From the NCBI GenBank assembly GCA_001189215.1, contig LFCR01000006.1, positions 67,550 through 131,549 of the forward strand: a DNA stretch of 64,000 nt, given 5' to 3'. A program made the position numbers and the translations under genes. Source of the DNA: Parcubacteria bacterium C7867-008. Lineage in GTDB: Bacteria > Patescibacteriota > Minisyncoccia > Phycocordibacterales > Phycocordibacteraceae. Below, piece after piece: positions 48,146-58,578 of this stretch (positions within the stretch are counted from its first letter, which is position 1; every line of letters starts with the position of its first letter). Below the pieces are notes generated by a model, which had not been told where the DNA came from, made no database searches, and saw nothing but the letters and a program-made list of their open reading frames with translations.

Positions 48146-48553
48146 ATGAAGGGATTCGTAACGAACATAGAACAAGTTTCTTTGGAGAATGAAAACTTCA
48201 GGCAAGTTCTCTATACCGCGAGGAACTGCCAGCTTGTGCTGATGGCTCTACCAGCAGGCGAGGAGATCGGAGAGGAAGTACATGATGGCGACCAGTTCAT
48301 CCGTGTTGAAGAAGGGGAGGGTCAATCAATCCTGGATGGAGTAGAACGTGATCTTACTGATGGCTCAGTGGTGATTATTCCTGCCGGAGTACGGCACAAC
48401 ATTAAGAACACCTCGGTGAGTGATTCTTTAAAGCTCTACTCTATTTACGCTCCACCGCACCATAAAGATTGTGTGGTACATGCCACTAAGGAAGAAGCTG
48501 AGGCAGATGATGAGCACTACGATGGTCAGACTACAGATGACCTCGATCTATAG
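48146..48553 (+). CDS. cupin domain protein
   Basis: QLVLM..GEEIGEEVH.DQFIRVE.G, HN, LKLYSIYAPPHH. Confidence 0.9.
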   Translation: MKGFVTNIEQVSLENENFRQVLYTARNCQLVLMALPAGEEIGEEVHDGDQFIRVEEGEGQSILDGVERDLTDGSVVIIPAGVRHNIKNTSVSDSLKLYSIYAPPHHKDCVVHATKEEAEADDEHYDGQTTDDLDL

Positions 48554-48562
48554 TTCCCAGTC

Positions 48563-49039
48563 TTAGCCTTTTCGTGCTGCATCAATAGCAGCTATATCGA
48601 TCTTCTGCATGGTCATCATTGCTTTGAATGCGCGTTCTGCTTCTTCGCCACCAACGGCAAGTGCCTCGAGTAGAGTGCGTGGTGTAATCTGCCATGATAC
48701 TCCCCAGCGATCCTTACACCATCCGCAGTCACTCTCCTTACCACCATTTCCAACAATGGCGTTCCAATAGCGATCAGTCTCTTCCTGATCTTCTGTTGTG
48801 ATCTGGAATGAGAATGACTCACTTTGCGTAAAGATGGGGCCACCGTTAAGACCAACACAAGGAATTCCACAAACAGTAAATTCCACCGTTAATGCGTCAC
48901 CCTTTTCACCACCTGGAAATTCAGTTGGCGCATAAAAAACAGCCCCTACTTTGCTATCAGGGAAGGTTGCAGCATAAAAGTTTGCCGCATCTTCCGCGTC
49001 CTTATTAAACCAGAGGCAAATGGTGTTTTTAGGTATCAT
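48563..49039 (-). CDS. VOC/PhnB-like (3-dmu-9_3-mt) protein
   Basis: LNGGP, CGWCKDRWGVSWQITP, MQKIDIA. Confidence 0.92.
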   Translation of the reverse strand: MIPKNTICLWFNKDAEDAANFYAATFPDSKVGAVFYAPTEFPGGEKGDALTVEFTVCGIPCVGLNGGPIFTQSESFSFQITTEDQEETDRYWNAIVGNGGKESDCGWCKDRWGVSWQITPRTLLEALAVGGEEAERAFKAMMTMQKIDIAAIDAARKG

Positions 49040-49072
49040 ATTTTTTTATGTTCCTTTAAGTATATCAAATGT

Positions 49073-49099
49073 GTTTCCACGTCGTAGCAAATTTCTAGT
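49073..49099 (+). repeat. degenerate type-A att-like repeat
   Basis: GTTTCCACGTCGTAGCAAATTTCTAGT, 20/27 match to A1, intergenic, same orientation. Confidence 0.6.
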
Positions 49100-49149
49100 C
49101 AATCTCGTCAGGGATAATAATGAGTGTTAAAAGTTGATACACTGTAAAT

Positions 49150-49785
49150 ATGAAGAGCACAAAGGCAGATCATATTGGGAAGGTGATAATAGTTACTGTA
49201 GTAGTGGCTTTCGGACTAGTATGGCTAGCCATGCGCGCAATACCACAAATAAAACAACCTGAAACGGTTACTACTATTGCCACCTCGACTTCAGCATCTA
49301 CAACAAGCAGTATCCGGATGACTGCTAAAACGAGTAATCGCTGGGAATCATTTGTGAAGCCATCTGATTCCGAACTCCGTACCATGCTTACACCACTGCA
49401 GTATCAGGTGACTCAAGAGCAAGGAACGGAAGAACCATTTACAAATGAGTATTTTGAGACTCATTCCTCAGGTATTTATGTGGATCGTGTTTCAGGAGAA
49501 CCTCTCTTTTCCTCAAACGATAAATATGATTCTGGTACAGGATGGCCTTCGTTTGTCCGGCCCATATCGAATGAGAGTGTGGTACTCAAGACCGATAGCA
49601 ATCTTTTGTTTCCTCGTACAGAAGTTCGATCACGTTACGCTGATTCGCATCTGGGACATGTCTTTGATGATGGGCCATCTGGTCGTGGAGGTAAGCGGTA
49701 CTGTATGAATTCTGCAGCACTGAAGTTTGTGCCAAAAGATGACATGGAAACAGAAGGATACGGACAGTATTTAACTAGCTTGTAG
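49150..49785 (+). CDS. msrB: membrane-anchored methionine-R-sulfoxide reductase
   Basis: [29 protein letters not shown]; N-terminal TM. Confidence 0.93.
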   Translation: MKSTKADHIGKVIIVTVVVAFGLVWLAMRAIPQIKQPETVTTIATSTSASTTSSIRMTAKTSNRWESFVKPSDSELRTMLTPLQYQVTQEQGTEEPFTNEYFETHSSGIYVDRVSGEPLFSSNDKYDSGTGWPSFVRPISNESVVLKTDSNLLFPRTEVRSRYADSHLGHVFDDGPSGRGGKRYCMNSAALKFVPKDDMETEGYGQYLTSL

Positions 49786-49825
49786 GAAGAATAACACCCA
49801 ACACACTAGTGATACCATTACACCA

Positions 49826-50326
49826 ATGGAACGTTTTGAGGCGTACGAGAAATTAGTCATATCCATTGAGGAAGCTTCTGAAGCAGATATAGAGGTACTT
49901 ATCGATATAGAAAAGAGTCTCCCACAAACAAATACATATTCAGCAATGTATACGGAGGATGAATGGAAGCAAGAATTGGCAGAGAATAAAATATACCTAA
50001 TTAAAGATCGAGAAGTACCAATAGGTAGTGTCGCCTATGTAGAGAGATCTCTAGAACATATATACATAAGTGGCATTGTTGTTCGTCCGGAATATCAAGG
50101 TAAAGGTATTGCAACCAATGCGATAAAAGGAGTGCTAGAAAAGTACCGAAATGCAACCCGGTTTGACCTGGCTACACACCCAGACAATCCTGCGCTCAAA
50201 CTGTATGAATCGCTTGGATTCAAAGTAGAGGAGCGAAAAGAGAACTATTTTGGAGATGGTGAACCTCGCTTGATTCTTGCCCTGACAAACACGCATGGTC
50301 CTAGCGCCGTATCAAGCTTTGAATAA
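49826..50326 (+). CDS. GNAT acetyltransferase
   Basis: V.PEYQGKGIA, ALKLYESLGF. Confidence 0.9.
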   Translation: MERFEAYEKLVISIEEASEADIEVLIDIEKSLPQTNTYSAMYTEDEWKQELAENKIYLIKDREVPIGSVAYVERSLEHIYISGIVVRPEYQGKGIATNAIKGVLEKYRNATRFDLATHPDNPALKLYESLGFKVEERKENYFGDGEPRLILALTNTHGPSAVSSFE

Positions 50327-50337
50327 TAATAATTCAT

Positions 50338-50772
50338 ATGGCAGAGCTAAAAACAAAGCTTACTAAAGCAAACGTCGAGAAGTTTTTGAAAACAATCAAA
50401 GACGAACAGAAGCGCAAGGATTGTTTTGTAATCGCAGAAATAATGGAAAGGGCCACAAAGTCTAAGCCAGAAATGTGGGGTGCATCAATCGTTGGTTTTG
50501 GTCGTAGGAAGTATACCTATGCAAATGGCAAAGAGGGGGAGTGGATGGTGATTGGTTTTGCTCCCCGCAAACAAAATATTGCACTCTATGGGTTAAAGAT
50601 CTTCAAGATGACAACCAGTGGTTTGAAAGAAGATAAAGGAGAAAACGATTTCCTCCTAAAACTGGGTAAGTATAAGGAGGGAGGTGGGTGTCTCTATATA
50701 AACAGGCTTTCCGATATCAATACAAAGGAGCTTGAGAAAATAATTAAGCTTGCGCTGAAGCGTCAAACATAG
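50338..50772 (+). CDS. DUF1801 family protein
   Basis: MWGASIVGFG, GFAPRKQ, LGKYK.GGGCLYI. Confidence 0.88.
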   Translation: MAELKTKLTKANVEKFLKTIKDEQKRKDCFVIAEIMERATKSKPEMWGASIVGFGRRKYTYANGKEGEWMVIGFAPRKQNIALYGLKIFKMTTSGLKEDKGENDFLLKLGKYKEGGGCLYINRLSDINTKELEKIIKLALKRQT

Positions 50773-50864
50773 CTGTTCCAGACGACGTATATAAAAAGAA
50801 AGCCGCCCGGAGCGTCACGGAGTGTTCCGGGCAGCTTCGAGCGACTGGTCGCAGTGCTTTTGTA

Positions 50865-51560
50865 TCACCGTCGGCAGATGTGAATGTAGTCACCATACCC
50901 GGAATCGCTATCCGGCCATGGCTGAGTTGTCGTCACACTTGCGAAGTGTCGCTCAAGGAGAGCGAGACGCTTCGGAAGCGATGGTTTGAACTCTTCCATC
51001 ATCACATCATTTTCTAGTATGCCGATTGTCCATGCGATAACTCGGTCAGGAGCCCCATTAGTGATCGTGTTAATGAGATACTCGTACCCAAGCTTCGCTG
51101 CAGCAAGCTTTCGCTCCGTCTCATTCGTATAGTCGTCTACATAGCAATCCGAAAGGACGACGACTCCTCCTTGCTTCACCAGCGACGCAATGTTCGCAAT
51201 TGCTGCTTCTTGTTGGTCATACGGTACATGATGCAGAGCACCAGTGCAGACGACGACGTCGAATTGCTCAGATGCCTTCCAGTCCAGAACATCTCCTAAT
51301 TGGAAATCAATTTCTTCTGGATAGACAGCCTTACCGTGCCCCACATACCGCTCGTCTATGTCGACGCCGGTAAGCCGTAGGTCCATACGCCTTTTACTGA
51401 TGAGTCCGAGCAGGTAGCCAGGACCACACATGATATCGAGCAGCGTCCCACCAATCGGGGCAAGTGCACTGATACGGTTGAGAACGGTCTCAAGTGAATA
51501 TTTGTATGGCCAGAAAAGAAGGCCTTCTTCGTAGGTTTCAGATTCCGGTAGTTCTCTCAT
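50865..51560 (-). CDS. class I SAM-dependent methyltransferase
   Basis: LLDIMCGPG, GVDID, FDVVV..ALHH; SD AGGAG. Confidence 0.85.
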   Translation of the reverse strand: MRELPESETYEEGLLFWPYKYSLETVLNRISALAPIGGTLLDIMCGPGYLLGLISKRRMDLRLTGVDIDERYVGHGKAVYPEEIDFQLGDVLDWKASEQFDVVVCTGALHHVPYDQQEAAIANIASLVKQGGVVVLSDCYVDDYTNETERKLAAAKLGYEYLINTITNGAPDRVIAWTIGILENDVMMEEFKPSLPKRLALLERHFASVTTTQPWPDSDSGYGDYIHICRR

Positions 51561-51645
51561 TTCGCGCACTCCTGTATGTGCTGTATACCCCAATACGTAT
51601 TCTAGACAGAACCTAGCATAGATTGCATAAAGACTCCAACCCTAG

Positions 51646-51945
51646 TTACTGCACACTTACCAAAATAAGTACAACAAACGTTATAGCACCGAACACACCT
51701 AGTGTTTTTAGAAAATATGATAGCGCCTCAGCTCTCTTGTTTTCTATGAGTTTACGTAATGGTTGATAGAAGAATAAGAACGCCATAACTGCTGCAGAAA
51801 ATACAAACAACGAGATGAATCCCATACCATCAAGCAGGGTATCTGGAGTGTCATGTCGGAATGACTCAAGGAAGCGCATGAATAGTGCTACAGCAGCAAT
51901 ATAGATAGTTGCAGCAACTGCATTGATAAATGGACTCCATTTCAT
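51646..51945 (-). CDS. three-TM hypothetical protein
   Basis: LFVFSAAVM..LFFYQP. Confidence 0.78.
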   Translation of the reverse strand: MKWSPFINAVAATIYIAAVALFMRFLESFRHDTPDTLLDGMGFISLFVFSAAVMAFLFFYQPLRKLIENKRAEALSYFLKTLGVFGAITFVVLILVSVQ

Positions 51946-52007
51946 GTACCAGATATAACCCCACTGAATGGTTCTTGGTTACTTATAGTGACTGATATAC
52001 TTTGAAC

Positions 52008-52895
52008 ATGTCTGATGAAACCCTCCGCCCGGAACTAGCTGATTCAACGTCGATAGATGGGTCAATGCATGCTGAAAGTTCAGCAACAAATCTCTCAACT
52101 GCCAATCGTCGGGACATGTGGTGGTACGGTATTATCCTTATTTTATTGCTTGTCTGTGTCGGGGCATGGCTTGCATATAGCAATTTGAGTAGCGAATCAC
52201 CAAAGCAAGAAGTCTCTGCTGAGAGGAAAATCGCGCAGGCATGCAAGCAACTTATTGCGGGAAATGAGGTGCACGGAGATGTGCCTCTACCCATTACCTG
52301 TGAACTCATAGTGAATAAAAATGAGCCAGCACTATCCATGACGATCCTTCCCGATGGAAGCGTAAAGTTCGCACGTGATGGAGTAATACTTTCTGAGTTC
52401 CGTAATGATACCTATGAACCTGAATTAGACTCAGATTCAATAGTGAGCATCGTGTCCTATTACGATGACAAAGTAATCCTGGATTTTGAACCATTCTATC
52501 TTAATGACTTCAACTACGACGGCTATCTAGATATCGTTATGCTTGCGGGAAGGGGAGCCTATCAAGCTTCATATAAGTTATTTGCATACAACACGAAGAG
52601 TCATACGTTCGATACCAAACCTACCTTAGAGTTAACAGATCCAGTCATAGATGAGAAAACCAAAGAGATATACTCGCACGCCAAGGGAAGAGGACTCAAC
52701 GATATATATAGCAACGAAACATATCGCTTTGAAAAAGGAGAGTACGTCCTAGTACGACTTGAAACACAAGATATGGTGGATTTCAATGATCTAGATTCAG
52801 ACTACGTTTATATTGAATATGAGAGAAAGAACGGGGAAATGTTAGAAGTGAAGCGTGAGATTATTACTGCCTCAGAAATCTTTGGAGAACAGTAA
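52008..52895 (+). CDS. membrane-anchored hypothetical protein
   Basis: TM; DFNYDGYLD Ca-binding-like loop. Confidence 0.75.
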   Translation: MSDETLRPELADSTSIDGSMHAESSATNLSTANRRDMWWYGIILILLLVCVGAWLAYSNLSSESPKQEVSAERKIAQACKQLIAGNEVHGDVPLPITCELIVNKNEPALSMTILPDGSVKFARDGVILSEFRNDTYEPELDSDSIVSIVSYYDDKVILDFEPFYLNDFNYDGYLDIVMLAGRGAYQASYKLFAYNTKSHTFDTKPTLELTDPVIDEKTKEIYSHAKGRGLNDIYSNETYRFEKGEYVLVRLETQDMVDFNDLDSDYVYIEYERKNGEMLEVKREIITASEIFGEQ

Positions 52896-52907
52896 TTTTA
52901 TAAAACT

Positions 52908-53651
52908 ATGGAACGGATTTTCATTGTCACGGGAGCTTCAGGTAAGCTTGGCGCTTCTTTTATTGAGAATCTGAAAGAAAAGAGTAACCATGTCTTTGCT
53001 CTCGCACGAAGGCAGACGGAGACGGAAGCTGATATAACGCTAGCTGCTGATCTACTTGATGAGAATCAGGTTGAAGCAATTTTCAACACGATCAATGTAA
53101 GTGATGCTACAGAGATCGTTCTAATACACACCGTTGGTAAGTTTAAATTTGAGAGTAATGATTCTATTGGAACTCATAAGAATGAGGAGGGCATAGACGA
53201 TGAAGTGTATACGACCAACGTCATTACCACGAAGAACATACTTAAGCAGCTCCTTTCAAACATGAAACCGCAAGCTACAGTAAGCGTAGTCGCCTTTGCT
53301 TCAGTGAGTGATAAGCACGATATACCATTTTGGTCTTCATATACTCGAGCAAAGAATATTCTACGAGGGTATCTTCAGACACTATCTGAAGCAAACCAAA
53401 TATCAGCACTCATGGTTAATGTCAGTACTGTTGATACCGGTAATGAGAATCTCCTTCGTCCTAATGCGGACAAGACCTATTGGTTGCAGCCCCAGGAAAT
53501 TGTTGAAAGAGTCCTGCCTGAACTCAGTACTTTAAATGGCTATAAGGAAATAGACGTAGTTAAGGAACGACCAGATTTCGATGAAAAGTACTATATAGAT
53601 CACGAGGCTCTTCTAGGGAAGTGGAAAAGAGAGATGGATATTAAAGAGTAA
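52908..53651 (+). CDS. short-chain dehydrogenase/reductase
   Basis: TGASGKLG, YTRAK. Confidence 0.85.
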   Translation: MERIFIVTGASGKLGASFIENLKEKSNHVFALARRQTETEADITLAADLLDENQVEAIFNTINVSDATEIVLIHTVGKFKFESNDSIGTHKNEEGIDDEVYTTNVITTKNILKQLLSNMKPQATVSVVAFASVSDKHDIPFWSSYTRAKNILRGYLQTLSEANQISALMVNVSTVDTGNENLLRPNADKTYWLQPQEIVERVLPELSTLNGYKEIDVVKERPDFDEKYYIDHEALLGKWKREMDIKE

Positions 53652-53676
53652 TATTCTGGCAGGATATACTTTAGGT

Positions 53677-54207
53677 ATGAAAGAGCACCTAGATTTTAAA
53701 CCTGTAGAAGAATGCCAAGATATCGTAAGTGAATCGGTATATGCCGTAGCAACAGGGAAAGGAATACTGGCAGGTGCCATCAATCCCGAATACATGAATG
53801 GGCATGCGCTTTCAGATCATTATGATATTGATCCTGATAACGGTGTAAATTGCATTATTGTACGTGGAAAGCGAGGCGAGGATCGTGTGACCGCAGCAGT
53901 CCTTGTCCCTGTTGGATATCGGGCAGATCTAAATGGTTTGGTATGCGAGAAGTTGAATGCAAAGAAAGTATCCATGGCACCTTTAGATGATGTGATTCAA
54001 GAATCAGGAATGGAATACGGAAGCATCACCCCCATAGGGCTCCCTCTATCTTGGAAGATATTGATAGACAGCAGACTTATGGAAAAGGAAACGGTCATTG
54101 TTGGTGGAGGTAAGCAAGTATCAAAACTCCTCGTTCCAATGAGTGTTCTTGCGGCACTCCCGAATACAGAGATTGTTGAGAATCTATCTACTAGAATTCC
54201 CGACTAA
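53677..54207 (+). CDS. YbaK/aminoacyl-tRNA editing domain protein
   Basis: NCIIV, SGMEYGSITPIGLP, GGG. Confidence 0.85.
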   Translation: MKEHLDFKPVEECQDIVSESVYAVATGKGILAGAINPEYMNGHALSDHYDIDPDNGVNCIIVRGKRGEDRVTAAVLVPVGYRADLNGLVCEKLNAKKVSMAPLDDVIQESGMEYGSITPIGLPLSWKILIDSRLMEKETVIVGGGKQVSKLLVPMSVLAALPNTEIVENLSTRIPD

Positions 54208-54218
54208 AGATAGTACCC

Positions 54219-54548
54219 ATGAACATCGATAAACCACCGTCAGCAGAACGAAAACCCGAAGTATCACGAGAGAAAGTAATCGCTGTGTTTACAGAGGGCG
54301 GTTTATGTGAAGAATCAGTTGGACTCTACAGTACTTGGATGGAACAACTCGAAGTAAAGCGTAACGCCGGTGAAATTACAGACTTCGATGTTTTCTCGCA
54401 GTCTATCGAGATTAAGATTGAAGCAGGACTTATTAGAGAAGCCGTAGAAGAATGTGAAGAAGTACTCGAACAGTTTGGAAGCACTTATGGCACCGGTGAA
54501 ATGGAAGTATTCTGTCAACGAATTATTAGTGCCCATCAATTCTCGTAA
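54219..54548 (+). CDS. hypothetical protein
   Basis: Co-oriented ORF filling the gap. Confidence 0.65.
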   Translation: MNIDKPPSAERKPEVSREKVIAVFTEGGLCEESVGLYSTWMEQLEVKRNAGEITDFDVFSQSIEIKIEAGLIREAVEECEEVLEQFGSTYGTGEMEVFCQRIISAHQFS

Positions 54549-54556
54549 GTATCAGT

Positions 54557-54949
54557 ATGGAAACTATCCCTGCAGATCTTCGCAAGGTACTTGCAGCCAA
54601 CGCTAAGGCAAAAGTAATTTGGAATGATCTTACTCCCATTTCACGACGTGATTTTATTAGTTGGATAGAATCTCCAAAACAACCAGAGACACGCATCAGA
54701 AGAGTGGGGAGAGTATGCGACATGCTTATAAGTGGTAAGCGTCGTCCTTGCTGTTATGCCATAGTGCCAATGAATTTGTATAAGTCTCTCAACGGACTTC
54801 CCAAAGCAAAAGCACATTGGAAAACTCTCACTCCAGACGAGCGGCGAGATTTCGTAGATTGGATAGAATCAGCAAAAGATACAGCTATGCATGTTGGTCG
54901 TATTGAGAAAGTTTGTGTATTACTGTTGAAAGGTAAACGTCATCTATGA
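54557..54949 (+). CDS. tandem YdeI/OmdA-domain protein
   Basis: Two repeats of LTP..RRDF..WIES.K...R/GRI. Confidence 0.85.
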   Translation: METIPADLRKVLAANAKAKVIWNDLTPISRRDFISWIESPKQPETRIRRVGRVCDMLISGKRRPCCYAIVPMNLYKSLNGLPKAKAHWKTLTPDERRDFVDWIESAKDTAMHVGRIEKVCVLLLKGKRHL

Positions 54950-55374
54950 AAGAGCAAGATTTTACCAAACGACTAACCATTGTGGTGCGTAGCGATCTAG
55001 AGTCGTGGCAGGTGGCTAATGCCATTGCTCACATATCGGCATATATAGGAAATAAACTAGAAGGAGATTTTGATACAGGAACATACTTCACTTCCGTAGA
55101 TAACGTTACATTCCCAAGAAATTCTCAATACCCAATCATCATAAAAGCTGCATCTGATACGAATGTCCTCAAACAAGCTTTTGACATAGTTCGTGCAGAA
55201 GGGCTGCTCCATATCGCCTTCATGCGTGAAATGATTGAATCCAGTGATGATGCAGAAATAGAGAGGATTCTAAAGGATAAGAAGTGTGATGATATTGAAC
55301 TACTGGGATTCGGTGTCTTTGGTGAGAATGAAAAGGTAAAAACACTTACCAAGCAATTCGGATTGTGGAAGTAG
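54946..55374 (+). CDS. DUF2000-like protein
   Basis: IVVRSDL..WQVAN...FG....V..LT. Confidence 0.7.
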   Translation: MKEQDFTKRLTIVVRSDLESWQVANAIAHISAYIGNKLEGDFDTGTYFTSVDNVTFPRNSQYPIIIKAASDTNVLKQAFDIVRAEGLLHIAFMREMIESSDDAEIERILKDKKCDDIELLGFGVFGENEKVKTLTKQFGLWK

Positions 55375-55396
55375 CTAGGTGCTACCATATTCTTAT

Positions 55397-55966
55397 ATGA
55401 ACTGGATACAGAGCATTTTTACCGCACTCGCTCTCTTCTTTGGAAATCTTCTCGGTCTGTATCCAGAGAAGCCTCTGCAAGACCTACCGCCTATGCACCC
55501 CATTCAGGCAGCGACAACTTCTACACCAGTAGTACCGCAATCTAAACCAACTGTTCCCGCAAACTCTTTTGATCCACTAACGGTTAAGGTTGGAGATGTT
55601 GTTGGTAGATTCACCGTTGTTAGTGTTGAACCAGTGCGTGCAGAGCAACCATATGGTGAATCAAATAGTCGCGTAACATTCAGTGCAAACATACCAACCA
55701 AGGGACTTATTGTTGCTAGTGATAGGGGAGGGTATTTCTACCAACCAGAAGATAAGACACTTTATCCTCGTTTTAAAGAAGAAGACCGTTATATATTTAT
55801 GGGCACTGCATTGAACGGTTCCCTCACCGATAATGGACTTGATGATCGAACGTATGTGTATGGAAGTGAATTTCCTGTCGAAGGTGTAATTACGAAACTG
55901 GAATTCATCCGATATGGAGAGGCAGATTCCAAAGTCACTATAAAAGCCCTTAGAGAAATTAAGTAA
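55397..55966 (+). CDS. exported hypothetical protein
   Basis: Amphipathic N-terminus, P/T linker. Confidence 0.7.
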   Translation: MNWIQSIFTALALFFGNLLGLYPEKPLQDLPPMHPIQAATTSTPVVPQSKPTVPANSFDPLTVKVGDVVGRFTVVSVEPVRAEQPYGESNSRVTFSANIPTKGLIVASDRGGYFYQPEDKTLYPRFKEEDRYIFMGTALNGSLTDNGLDDRTYVYGSEFPVEGVITKLEFIRYGEADSKVTIKALREIK

Positions 55967-56020
55967 AGGAAAACCGCCACATACTGGAAGCGCAACGGCT
56001 TCCTAGTATGCGACGGTCCA

Positions 56021-56587
56021 TTACCCCCTAATGAGCTCAGCGAGAAGTGCAGGATAGAGAGCTCGTTCTCCCTCTTTGATTCTTCCATGCAGACTTTCTC
56101 GAGTATCTCCCGGAAGAACTTTCACAGACTCCTGAGTCATGATGGGGCCTGCGTCGAGATCGGCCGTTGCCCAGTGGATCGTGAACCCAGAGACTTTCAC
56201 ACCGTAGTCGAGCGCATCCTGTACCGCATTGTCACCGGTAAACGATGGCAGTAGCGAAGGATGTGTATTCAGAATCCTCATCCTAAACGCATCTGGTTCG
56301 AACATGCAGGGCGAGAACACGGTCATGAATCCGGCCATGGCGACCAGATCAATCCGATGTTCTTTAAGAATTGCGATAGTGCGCCTGGTGTACGCTTCAC
56401 GACCAGTGACGTCCTTCTTCCTGAATGTCCGATCTTGATGTACACACGAAAGGTTAGCCCGTCTCGCGATATCGAACGCGCGACAGGAACGATCAACTAG
56501 TACGAGCTCTATTGGAAGAGACTGTTCGATCATTGCCTCCAAGAGCGAGCCTGTGCCAGAGGCTAAGACAGCAAGACGCAAAGTCAT
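56021..56587 (-). CDS. purN: phosphoribosylglycinamide formyltransferase
   Basis: AVLASGTGS, MAGFM, ILNTHPSLLPSF, G.TIH, DAGPI. Confidence 0.88.
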   Translation of the reverse strand: MTLRLAVLASGTGSLLEAMIEQSLPIELVLVDRSCRAFDIARRANLSCVHQDRTFRKKDVTGREAYTRRTIAILKEHRIDLVAMAGFMTVFSPCMFEPDAFRMRILNTHPSLLPSFTGDNAVQDALDYGVKVSGFTIHWATADLDAGPIMTQESVKVLPGDTRESLHGRIKEGERALYPALLAELIRG

Positions 56588-56676
56588 TCTCGTGCTCCAT
56601 GTTGAGATTTCCTGTCTGAACGTACCATGCCCAGGGAAAACATTCGAGTTTCCTTAAAATAGGCTATAGTGCACCT

Positions 56677-57312
56677 ATGATAAAAGCAGTCATATTTGAT
56701 TCAGACGGCATGCTCTCACATGGCCCCCGATTTAGTGACACCTACGCTAAAGAGAGAAACATCCCGATTGAGGATATGATCCCTTTCTTTAAAGGACCTT
56801 TTAACGACTGCATTGTTGGAAAGACAGACCTTAAAGAAGAACTTGAGAACGGAGGATGGCTACAGAAATGGGGGTGGATTGATTCTGTAGAGGAGTTTCT
56901 AGAGTATTGGTTTTCTGTTGGTGATCAGTTAGATGCGAATGTATTTGCAACTGTCACTGAACTACGCGAGAAAGGAACCATTGTGGTACTTGCAACAAAT
57001 CAAGAGAAATATCGCACGGCATATCTATCTGAGAAGTTTGGATATGAGAATGCGTTCGATAAGATCTTCTCCTCTGCACGCACTGGCCATAAGAAACCAA
57101 ATGCTGATTTCTTTCAAAAGATTCTCGAATATCTACAAGAACAAGATCCTTCAATCACCAAAGAGAATGTACTCTTCTGGGATGATGATATGGAGAACGT
57201 TGATGGCGCACATGCATTTGGCATTAAGTCTGAACAGTTCACGAACGAACAGAGCTATAGAGAGAAAATGGCTGAGTATAGCTTACTTAGAAGCTCCATT
57301 TCAGCGCTCTAA
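56677..57312 (+). CDS. HAD-superfamily hydrolase
   Basis: IFDSDG, ATNQ, KP, FWDD..NV. Confidence 0.9.
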   Translation: MIKAVIFDSDGMLSHGPRFSDTYAKERNIPIEDMIPFFKGPFNDCIVGKTDLKEELENGGWLQKWGWIDSVEEFLEYWFSVGDQLDANVFATVTELREKGTIVVLATNQEKYRTAYLSEKFGYENAFDKIFSSARTGHKKPNADFFQKILEYLQEQDPSITKENVLFWDDDMENVDGAHAFGIKSEQFTNEQSYREKMAEYSLLRSSISAL

Positions 57313-57832
57313 GTGCAGGTTTCTTAATAAGGTATATAACTGCGAGTCCGCTAAGTACTCCAACGACACATCCCGCAACCATATCTGAAGGATAGTGTAC
57401 TCCTGCGGCAATACGCGCAATGCAAACCAGTACGGTGCATACATAAAATGCGATACCTAGTTTGCGGTTATAGAAGAACACTATCGTTGAGAATCCAAAT
57501 AAGAATGACGCGTGACCGGAAGGGAAGGAAGGTGCATCTATGGTAAGGAGATGGCTAATATCCATCGCAGCGAGAGGACGCAGTCGAGGAAAGAAGAATC
57601 GTATGGGGCTTGTTACCAGGAATCGAGCAATGCTTCCCGCTACAAACGCGAACACAACACCCATAACCTTTGATCTGTGTGAGAGGTCTTTACGGTATGC
57701 CAGATAGAGTACAAACCAACCAACCAGTATGAATGGGAGATACGTAGCGAAAAACACAATCACTATATCCAATATAGGACCCTGGCCGGCAAATGAATTT
57801 AGAACCGAGAAAAGATAGAGATCCAAGGACAT
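57287..57832 (-). CDS. PAP2 family phosphatase (BcrC-like)
   Basis: RP, SFPSGHA, ARI.AGVHYPSD. Confidence 0.9.
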   Translation of the reverse strand: MSLDLYLFSVLNSFAGQGPILDIVIVFFATYLPFILVGWFVLYLAYRKDLSHRSKVMGVVFAFVAGSIARFLVTSPIRFFFPRLRPLAAMDISHLLTIDAPSFPSGHASFLFGFSTIVFFYNRKLGIAFYVCTVLVCIARIAAGVHYPSDMVAGCVVGVLSGLAVIYLIKKPALRALKWSF

Positions 57833-57889
57833 GTACCCCAGCGTACTACACATTCTGCAGGACTCAGCCTCAAACGGTATACTGACCGT

Positions 57890-58537
57890 ATGAAGATCAC
57901 CAAATTCCCGCATTCCTGTCTGCTTATCGAAACCAAGGCCAGACGCATCCTCATTGATCCTGGTTCCTGGAATACCGCATTACCAGAGCTTACCGATCTC
58001 AATGCCATCCTCATCACGCATGAGCATCAGGACCATTTTGACCTCGGGGTTATGAAGCCTATCCTTGCAAAGAATCCTGGGGTGCAAATCATCACACACA
58101 GCGCGGTGGGGCAAAAATTAGATGAAGCTGAAATTGCGTATACACTTATCGAACCAGGGCAGACTATAGATATATCAGGTGTTTCTATTGAAAGCTGTGG
58201 CACTGAGCACGCTATTATCTATGGCAGCACGTCACCATGTCGTAACACAGGATATCTGATTGATGAGAAGTTATTCGTTCCTGGAGATGCTGTGCATGAC
58301 ATGCCAGCAAAACAAGTAGAGATACTCGCTCTCCCTACAGGAGGTCCTTGGTACAAGACCTCAGAAAGTATTGATTATGCTAAAGCAGTAAAGCCGAACG
58401 TGGTGTTCCCGATCCACGACGCTATGTATACCAATGAGTACAAAAAGAGTAGTGTGCCGAGGTGGTTCGTTGCACAACTGGAACCTGCGGGTATTCGCTT
58501 TGAAAACCTACAAGACGGAATGTCACAGGAGTTCTAG
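57890..58537 (+). CDS. metallo-beta-lactamase fold hydrolase
   Basis: HSC, IDPG, THEHQDH, PGD, PIHD. Confidence 0.9.
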   Translation: MKITKFPHSCLLIETKARRILIDPGSWNTALPELTDLNAILITHEHQDHFDLGVMKPILAKNPGVQIITHSAVGQKLDEAEIAYTLIEPGQTIDISGVSIESCGTEHAIIYGSTSPCRNTGYLIDEKLFVPGDAVHDMPAKQVEILALPTGGPWYKTSESIDYAKAVKPNVVFPIHDAMYTNEYKKSSVPRWFVAQLEPAGIRFENLQDGMSQEF

Positions 58538-58538
58538 A

Positions 58539-58578
58539 TATAACAAAACACCCCGCATAGACGGGGTGTTTTGTTATA
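58539..58578. terminator. bidirectional terminator
   Basis: TATAACAAAACACCCCG / CGGGGTGTTTTGTTATA. Confidence 0.85.
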
